Assembly: GCA_004431415.1 (NCBI GenBank)
Contig: QPMI01000245.1
Location: 43,886 to 107,885, forward strand
Source: Cyanophora paradoxa CCMP329
Lineage: Eukaryota > Plantae > Glaucophyta
Direction of reading: 5' to 3'
Length of the DNA: 64,000 bases
Shown piece by piece: positions 56,170-64,000 of the stretch. The translations under genes were made by a program, and so were the position numbers. Positions within the stretch are counted from its first letter, which is position 1; each line of letters begins with the position of its first letter. The notes beneath the pieces were generated by a model. The model was not told the origin of the DNA. It saw nothing but the letters and a program-made list of their open reading frames with translations, and made no database searches.

Positions 56170-57015
56170 TTATGGGGTTGGGTCATCAATTACATCTGGC
56201 TCCATGTAAAACCCTGTAACTGAAAGAGTATCAGGAGTTACACCTCTAAGAGCTGATACAGCGGCTATATCTGTTCTCAAACCGATAAGAGTTATAGTAT
56301 ATAACCCAATATCTGTAACAAACAAGTCAAAGGTGAAATTATTATTATAAACACAGTAGCCATAACCGAAATGATTGTATCCCTGAACATTGAAATAGTA
56401 TTTATGACCTACTTGATTGTTGTTGGCTCTACAAAGGGAAAGCATTGCAGATGGAATCGCAAGACCTCTCAGTACTCTTTTGGTTCCTTCAATTAATTCC
56501 GAGTTTTCAAGAGTAACAGTATATCCAATGTAAAATTGAATTAATGGCTGCTGTGCAACAGGAGTATATAATCGAATTCGTTGGGGGTCTTCAACATTCT
56601 GTTCAAGAGTATCTGGGACATCATTGAATGACACAGAGGATGAAAGCTGACCTGAAACTCTGCAGCCACCACCAATAAAAGCTCCTCCTGATCTCACAGT
56701 AACAGCTGCAGAATTCTTATCGAAATCAAGGGCTTTCAGATCAACACTGTAAGCATCTGGACCTCCATTAGTAGGTTGGAAGAAGTTTGCATTTGTGACA
56801 AGAAGTCGAGTTGTTTTCACCACACCTGAATTCTTATCAGCTCTCAGCTCTTTAACTCGAATAATCGAATTTTTATCAAAGGAGTTACCATTGGAGTTGG
56901 GTCTCTCTGTGGATTCTAAACCACGAACCTCATCATTAACTTCATGCTGGCGAAAATGCATTGCAGGGGATCCAAGGGAATATATAGGCAGTTGAACTCG
57001 ATTATATTCACCCAT
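56170..57015 (-). CDS. Putative virion fibre-type protein
   Basis: Intact ORF from ATG 57015; shares ELRxDKNxGxVKTTxLLVTNANF and SGGAxIGxGxRVxG with its paralog. Confidence 0.65.
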   Translation of the reverse strand: MGEYNRVQLPIYSLGSPAMHFRQHEVNDEVRGLESTERPNSNGNSFDKNSIIRVKELRADKNSGVVKTTRLLVTNANFFQPTNGGPDAYSVDLKALDFDKNSAAVTVRSGGAFIGGGCRVSGQLSSSVSFNDVPDTLEQNVEDPQRIRLYTPVAQQPLIQFYIGYTVTLENSELIEGTKRVLRGLAIPSAMLSLCRANNNQVGHKYYFNVQGYNHFGYGYCVYNNNFTFDLFVTDIGLYTITLIGLRTDIAAVSALRGVTPDTLSVTGFYMEPDVIDDPTP

Positions 57016-57054
57016 TGCTTCTTTTACTAAGAAGTAAAGAAAAATAAACTGCAA

Positions 57055-57360
57055 TCAAGCCAAAGTGATTAAATTCGATCCAAGGGATTGGTAGGCAACT
57101 GAAAGTGATTGAAGGTTGGATGTCATTGATTTGATGTTGTTATCACATTCAGTGTATTTAACAACAGGGTCACCATATGCAGATTTGGCAAGGACATTAA
57201 CCAAGAGGTTTTTATACTCATTTACAACTGGTGAGAGCTTGTTAGTTTGCTGAATCGTTTTTTCAACTGTTTGTAATGCGTTTACAAGGGTGATTGTGTC
57301 AAAAGAAAGCGCAACAGGCTCAGTTGAATAGGTGGTTCCACCAAGAGGATAGGTCGCCAT
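57055..57360 (-). CDS. Hypothetical helical protein, 101 aa
   Basis: ATG-started ORF packed between neighbouring genes. Confidence 0.6.
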   Translation of the reverse strand: MATYPLGGTTYSTEPVALSFDTITLVNALQTVEKTIQQTNKLSPVVNEYKNLLVNVLAKSAYGDPVVKYTECDNNIKSMTSNLQSLSVAYQSLGSNLITLA

Positions 57361-57363
57361 TTA

Positions 57364-60300
57364 TTATACTTTGACATTTTTAATTTGGTCTATTTGATCC
57401 TGTTGATCTTTGCATTTTTGGGACAACTCCTTCACAGCTTCAATGAGAACTGGAATTAAACCTGTGTATTCAAGAGATAGGTAGCCATCGTCTTTTTTAA
57501 CATTAACTACCTCTGGTATTACCTTTTCTACATCTTGCGCAATTAAACCTAATTTCGTTCCATCTTTTTCGCTTCCAATTCGTTTAAAACTCACTCCTTC
57601 TAATTTTTCGATTGCTGAAAGAGCGCCGGATATCTTTTTAATGTCGGTTTTGTATCTTATGTCACTTCCTTGTGTTAAATAACCTCCAATCCACATCCAT
57701 CCTCCATGATACATGTAACAAATATCAGTATCTTGTTCATTTCGGAATACAAGGGGAATATCTCCCCCTCCTTTCAAATATGTAGAAGTTTGGTTACCGA
57801 AATGGATACGATTATATCCATCACTGGAATTAAACCAAGTCCCCACAGTTCCTGTTAAGATATTGGGTTTGCTATAAACGTTATTCCAATGAATATAGCC
57901 GGTGTGACCGCCATAACTATTTCCAACCCAAATTTTCATGTAACTAATACCCATAATATGAACTCTTCCAATCTTTGGTCTAATTCGAATTGTGAGGAAT
58001 CGATTACCAAGATGTATTGGAACATTATTTATACCACTGTGGTTACCATCAGGAGATGTGCTGTATGGTTGATAACTATTTACTGATGTAATAAAAACTT
58101 CATTCCCTTGTCGATTCAGTCCCAAATTTCAAAAATTCGTGAGTTAGTCCAAGGTAAATAAGTTAAAAACGCTGTTCCTTTGTGGTATCCATCAGGTATA
58201 TCGAAGTCAATCCAAGCGGTAGATGTTTGATCATCCGTTTGATTATTATGAACATATGAACCATAATTATAATGTGGATCCCATGCTGAACTCCATGCCC
58301 ATGTCCAACCCTCAGAACATCTATTAAATTCAATACCTCCTACTGTTTTATCTGCTGTGTGAAACTTTGGAACAGCATTACCATTTATTGAAGATCTGTT
58401 GTAGCATTAATAGTGGGTGCTGTAATAGTGTTTTTCACCCAAAAGTTACCATTGTTATAAGACTTTAAAATTGCTCCATCTGCTGAGTCTCTAAATTCAA
58501 TTGACACACCGTCACCATTCGGTCTCCCTCGTATATATGTGCAATCGCCATTACCAAACCAAATTCGCTCGACTGCATCTACTGATTTTAACCATGTATT
58601 TGTTGCCCATGTTGCGGTTTGTGGAAGGTCTGCGGCTGAGTAAAATGATGGTTTACTAAATACATTATCCCAAGAGATCATGCCCAATTCATTATCAGTT
58701 GCTCTCTGTCTGCTCCACCCAAAAACACCTGTGAGATGAATGCGACCTTTTCGACCTTGGACATAAATATATTTGTAGAATTCGCAATTGATAGAGACAA
58801 ACAAGATTGTATTATGTGTTCCATCCTGATTCACCTGTTGAATTCCCTGATAGGCATTTACTCGTTTTAAGAAATGTTGATATCCATTGACTGTTTGCCC
58901 ATAGATATCAAAATATCTACAATTATACCAAGGCATGTGCTGGATATAAAATGATTTCATACCTGTGGGAATGAGCCATCTCATCCAACAACCACTGCAA
59001 TCTTCATCATTTTGTGGTGTGGTATGACATCCATTTTGCCCTGTTCTTGATGCCCATGTAACAGTCCAGTTATTTGGAGATCTGTCTGTTGAAATCACAT
59101 CTAACTGATCAAAATCATAACCTTTTGGAATTGTGGTTCCACCAATTTGTAGAGTGGTAGCATTCACAGTTCCATTGACAGTCCCACCTGTAAGAGGTAA
59201 ATAATTCCCAAGAGCTGCTGTTAATTCGTTATCTGTTACAACATCTGTAAGAGCTAATTGTAATTCTGTATTTGTTACATAATCTTTGTTTTCTAAATAA
59301 TCATCTGTAACAACACCAGAGAGGGTCTCATTGTGTAAGTTTTTTGCTGCCATCCTCTGATTGACTTCTAAGGCTCCTCCTGCTAATGTTTTAATCCAGG
59401 ACATTTCGCATTTCCCATAGTTATCTGATGGTTGTCCCACAAGTGGGACATAATTGAATTTGGATCGACTGAATATTATTTTAGTCTGGAGCCATCAGTT
59501 GCACTGACATCTGTTACATTTACTTGCATAATGGCATCCTTATCATCATATGCTGCTGGATCAGATGGGAGAGGTGGTAATCCTGATGTCAATGTGATGT
59601 CCTCATTATAATAACTTGTTAAGAAGATGCCTGGTTTGGTATCAATCACCCCAACACCACCTGCTGAAATCATTTGGATTCTTGTTGGTTGTTTGATGTA
59701 TAATTCACCTTCCATTGTGGTCCCTGCATCAATGCCTTTCGATTGACATAATAATCATTTAGTTGTAGCCTTCAGGTATGGTATTACTCTGGTAGAGACT
59801 CACACCATTTGTAAAGTCTGTCAAAATATGCCTGATGATGCAAAAGTTGGTTGTTCATCTATTTGACTCCAAGGGTGTCTGTGGTTGCTATTGGTTATTG
59901 TTGAGTAATCATGAGTGTGTGAATCAGGTGGAAGGTTAATGAGGATTTGTGATATGCTCCCATAAATGAGTATGGGCGAAATCTGTGATCTGATCTTTGG
60001 TGTGAGTATGGGCAAAATCTGTGATCTGATCTTTGGTGTGAGTATGGGCGAAATCTGTGATCTGATCTTTGGTGTGAGTATGGGCAAAATCTGTGATCTG
60101 ATCTTTGGTGTGAGTATGGGCGAAATCTGTGATCTGATCTTTTGTGTGAGTATGGGCGAAATCTGTTATTTGGTCTTTTGTGTGAGTATGGGCGAAATCT
60201 GTTATTTGGTCTTTTGTGTGAGTATGGGCGAAATCTGTTATTTGGTCTTTTGTGTGAGTATGGGCAAAATCTGTAATCTGGGCTTTTGTGTGAGTGTGAT

Positions 60301-60445
60301 TTTGAATCCAACCTTGAACCACATTAGAGTTGGATGATGTGGTAAATTTGCATTGCTTGTAACTGTAAGGTAATCTATTACAGTATCAGGTGAGGTTATT
60401 TTAATCCTCTGTAAATATTCAGAGTCTGGGTATGAGTGAATCCAT
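57364..60445 (-). CDS. Tail-fibre-like protein B with PTR repeats, two tandem head modules and a C-terminal peptidase S74 chaperone; several frameshifts
   Basis: Joins ORFs 59936..60322, 59476..59715, 58385..59440 and 57364..58125; GSDIRYKTDIKKISGALSAIEKLEGVSF...GLIAQDVEKVIPEVV...LIPVLIEAVKEL. Confidence 0.75.
59975..60298 (-). repeat. 9 x 36-bp coding tandem repeat (HTHTKDQITDFA), phage-tail-repeat-like
   Basis: Directly visible tandem array; HxH motif. Confidence 0.92.
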
Positions 60446-60449
60446 ATTT

Positions 60450-62418
60450 TTGTTGAATGTAATACCTCACAGCATTCTTTTCAGAAGTTGTCAAAGCCCT
60501 ATTGAAAACAATCAACTCGGAATACCACCATTCACAATATTACCAAATCCGAAATGATTGACAGTATTATCTGGTAGATAATTTGTTCCTACAAGTGTTT
60601 CAATATCTACTCCATTTAACCCGACTGTGTAGCTGCTGGAAGTAATTGTTTGGTCAGTGTAATACATGTATTTATTAAAGAAGGAACCGTAATAACTGGC
60701 GGTTTTGGGATGCTCCATTAATAGTGAACTGGTTCATTCCAATAGCAGTAGAAGATGTTGCCCCATAATAACAATATCGTGATGGAAAGGCGCTTCTGTA
60801 AAGTCTCAAGTGAACTTGCATAGAAGAGGCAGTTGGATGATATTTTCCCACAAAGAAAAATGTAAGCCCATTGAGAAATCAATAGTTCTTGTAGCAGAGG
60901 TATATGCATAAAAAGTGCCTGTTGGGCTTGAAACACTAACTTGGTTGTTGATTTCGGGATTGGTGTAATAGGAACTGGCTCCGGAGATAAACAAGTCTGG
61001 AACAACTGAATTCGGGACTCTGCTACTATAGTTGTATACATTGCTGATTGACCTGGTACTCCTGATGCCTTCCAAGCAAAAATGCAGTTCGAGATATTTG
61101 ATGCTGGATCAAAGCTTGGTGGACATCATACCATTCTTCGTAAACCTGATTCATGGTATTGAAATTGCAAGAGCCAATTGTGAGGATTCCATTTACTTTC
61201 AAATTGCTGGTCTCTATATTGCTACTGTAAATATTACTATTAACTGTGAGGTTTCCTGTGATTGTCCCACCCACAAGAGGGAGATATTTGGATAGTTCTG
61301 CTGCAAGTTCAGCTTCTGTAATAAATTGATCAAGCATAGCAAGGGTTACAAAATTAACAAGGATTACTGCAGTAAGGTAATCCTCTGTGACCACTCTCGA
61401 AATATTTTCGTTGTGTATGTTTTTTGCAGCCATCCTCTGATTGGCTTCCAGAACCCCACCATAATCTGTTTTAATCCATGCAAGCTCTGCCCTCCCATAA
61501 TTATCATTTGCAGTTCCCACTATGGAATGTAGGAATATTTATCTCTGCTGAATACTATCATTGGTCTTGAGCCATCTAAACTGCTTACATCTGCTACATG
61601 AACCTGTATAGCAGAGTTGAAATTTTGGTAGGTTGCTGGGTCTGTTGGGACTCTGAATGTATCTGTGGGAATGTCAGCCTCCATGTAGCTTGACACAAAG
61701 ATATTTGGTATGGTTGCTCCTGGTTCAGGTGGTGGATCATAAGAGCCTGGTAATGTCCTAATATGAAGTGGTCCTCTCATAGCTGAATTTGCAAGTGTCC
61801 CATTCACATGTACATAGTGTTCATTCAAAAAGATTCTTTCAGGGACATTACAAGTCTGATAAAGAGAAACCCCCAGGGTTGCCAAAGGCTCCACCTTTGC
61901 AAATTCTGGTTGGTCATTGATCTCATCCCAAGTATGTTCATGTTTGCTTGGTGGGAACTCAGTTGGAATCCCATCAATTTCTCCCCAATCATGTCTGTGA
62001 TCCTCTGGTGGATATTTCTCTGGTTTCCCTAAGATCTCATCCCAATCATGATTGTGATCCTCTGGGGGATACTTGCAGGTTTATATTAATTTGTTCATAA
62101 TCAGGAAAGAACTCCCAGATCTCAGGTCGAAATCCATCTGGTAATAATTCCTCATGGGGTTCATAAGGTTGCTCATAATCCACAACTGGTGGATCATGCC
62201 CATCTGGCAAATACTCCTCATCAGGTTCATAGTTCTGCTCATACTCAAACTCTTGAGGATCTAAGCCATCTGGTAGTATCTCCTCCTCATTGGGTCAAAC
62301 TGATCATATTCATATTCTTGTGGGTCAAAACCATCTGGAAATACTCTTCCTCATCTGGAACGAATTGATATTCATCAAGCTCTAATATGTCGACTTCAGG
62401 AGGTAAAATACTGCTCAT
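60450..62418 (-). CDS. Tail-fibre-like protein A with acidic N-terminal repeats, HxHxW repeats, a shared shaft module and a LamG-like C-terminus; several frameshifts
   Basis: ATG 62418 MSSILPPEVDILELDEY; EExLPDGxDP repeats; DHNHDWDEILGKP; NYGRAELAWIKT...NQRMAAKNIHNE; terminal ELIVFNRALTTSE...QQKYG. Confidence 0.6.
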
Positions 62419-63025
62419 CTATTTGCTTTCTGGGTTCAATTATAGGTTTATTGCGAACTTGCTCCCAACTCACAATATGCTGCCCAAGGCTACATCTTCA
62501 GTTGCTGTGTATCTCTGCCTGGTTGCTTTTTCGGTGTTAAATCCGGTGGATCCCATGGTAGTGGGAAGGGAACTGGGACAGGTCCATAATAACTCAAAGA
62601 TCTCTCTTAATGGTCTTCTCACTTACAAGCTCTCACCATTTGCATACACATTGCTGCCATGGATATTCGCCATTGCCTGGTTCGAATTCCAAGGTCTTTC
62701 ACATTGCTATACAAGGCAAAAGGTGCCTATCCATTTCGACTAAATCAGGATGTAAATGGATTGCTACTGGTTGACTGGGGCTACTGTTGATTGTAATTGA
62801 TGGCTTTTTTTGATGGACATCTTTTGGAGTAAAGAACCCAAAAGGCTCATTCCTTGCAAAGTCATATGTAATATCCTTGGGGTAGACATCAATTTGTGTA
62901 GGAGACCTGATTTGTGTTGGCAATGGGACCCACTTGCAATACTTGGGGGACCTCAGCTTTTGCAGTGCTGCCCTCATTGTAAATTCGCAAAGCTGTGTTC
63001 TGTTTGCCCTGCTCATCTTGAACAT
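62419..63025 (-). CDS. Hypothetical viral protein, frameshifted
   Basis: ORF 62699..63025 plus a probable continuation; co-oriented and tightly packed with neighbours. Confidence 0.4.
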
Positions 63026-63031
63026 TGAAAA

Positions 63032-63359
63032 TCAATCGACCACTATCAACCTGGAAGGTATATCTGGGTGAGTGCCACTGGTTTTTAGTTTCCTAGGTCT
63101 CCTTCTTGTTGCTTTGATCTCTGCCACTTGGTTTGCTTTCACATTACCCAAACTAAAAGCAACACTGACTTCCTCCTTATCTGGATCGGTTTGATTCACA
63201 GATAAAGCATGCTCCCTTGATTGAGTCTTTGATGAATTATCGGCTGTGGTCAATTGAAACTGAACCCTTTACTTTAATATTATCAAAGTTCACATGCTTG
63301 GTGCTGCTTGCATTATCATCTTGAATGGTTTCTAGATTTGGTGGGTAATTGAAGCTCAT
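63032..63359 (-). CDS. Hypothetical viral protein, probably frameshifted
   Basis: ATG near 63359 (MSFNYPPNLETIQDD) and ORF 63032..63253. Confidence 0.35.
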
Positions 63360-63402
63360 GGCTTTTACTATATGGATTTATAAAATTCCTGATAAGTAAA
63401 AG

Positions 63403-64000
63403 ATGCCTCAGGTCGTTTTAGCTTTCAGGGGGAGGTGCAAGGGGCATTATCATAACCAGGCTGCTAAAGAAATCGAAAATCGAACTGGCAGAGAATAATC
63501 GATCTTGTGGATCTTGTGAGTGGAACTTCCACTGGTGGGATCATTGCAATAGGTTTGAATATAGGCATCCTGATAACCAGGTGAACCTAAACTGACAGCA
63601 AACGATTTACACAATATTTACCTAACTCAACTGCCCTTGATTTTTGCAAATCCTCGAAATATATCGAAAATGCCCTTTTTAATACAAAGTATGATGTGGG
63701 ACCCTTGGAGACTGCAATCAATTCAGTTACTGGTGAATCACTAATACAGGATTCCCTAAAGGACATTGTGATTACATCCTTTGATACTCAGAATATGAAA
63801 CCAATATTTATCACAAATGACAACAATACAACTTTATGCCTTGTAAGATTGCTGCTAGGGCTACTTCTGCTGCTCCTACATATTTCTCTCCTGTAAGCAT
63901 TGTTGATTTCAATCGGGGAGTATTTGTCTGTCTCATTGATGGTGCCATTTCGGGAAACAATAATCCCAGTGTGTGTGGTTACAGCCATGCAAAGAAGATT
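63403..64000 (+). CDS. Patatin-like phospholipase, frameshifted, truncated by the window edge
   Basis: Across frames: GGARGII, LLKEIENRTG, VSGTSTGGIIAIGL, ARATSAAPTYFSPV, LIDG...NNP. Confidence 0.85.

Larger units (their letters stand above)
53338..64000. mobile_element. Endogenous DNA-virus-like element (Polinton-like virus/virophage or giant-virus fragment); continues past the right edge
   Basis: Abrupt switch to AT-rich, intronless, tightly packed genes; fibre proteins with S74 chaperone, patatin, zinc-ribbon protein and terminal repeats; hallmark genes are not in the window. Confidence 0.8.

Noticed and set aside
59975-60298. 36-bp repeat array as a CRISPR array
   Set aside because: Units are contiguous with no unique spacers, encode an in-frame peptide repeat, and no cas genes are present
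57364-62418. Diversity-generating retroelement acting on the fibre genes
   Set aside because: The duplicated modules differ at all base types, no adenine-specific template/variable repeat pair was seen, and there is no RT nearby
53338-64000. Bacterial prophage or contaminant
   Set aside because: No consistent Shine-Dalgarno motifs or phage head/tail genes were seen, and the junction has a defined terminal structure; not fully excluded without reads

Overview
Eukaryotic genomic DNA from a very GC-rich, intron-dense protist or alga; the intron style resembles glaucophyte-type genomes, but the species cannot be established from the sequence. There are three zones. (1) 1-~13084: the 5' part of an unusually large minus-strand LTR-type retroelement. 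It has a putative LTR and PBS, a 1535-aa Gag-like ORF with a CCHC knuckle, two further overlapping ORFs of unknown function (one RS-rich), an ORF ending in a retropepsin, and a -1 frameshift signal (CCCUUUU plus hairpin) into a pol-like frame that runs off the window edge. (2) 13441-53345: compact host genes with short, often GC-AG introns: glucosidase II alpha, an F-box protein, AKTIP, CCDC174-like, a MYND protein, DOLPP1, a GNAT, CSN7, dynein light intermediate chain, ALG14, EDC4, a NACHT-pentapeptide-WD40 STAND protein, a duplicated EDC4 3' fragment and a secreted protein. (3) 53338-64000+: an AT-rich, CpG-depleted, intronless virus-like insertion in a host exon. It carries a terminal fold-back, twin palindromes resembling an origin, an AdoMet decarboxylase, several paralogous fibre genes (PTR repeats, S74 chaperone) and a patatin. 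No capsid, packaging ATPase or polymerase gene lies in the window. Gene spans for intron-containing genes were assembled by eye and are approximate.
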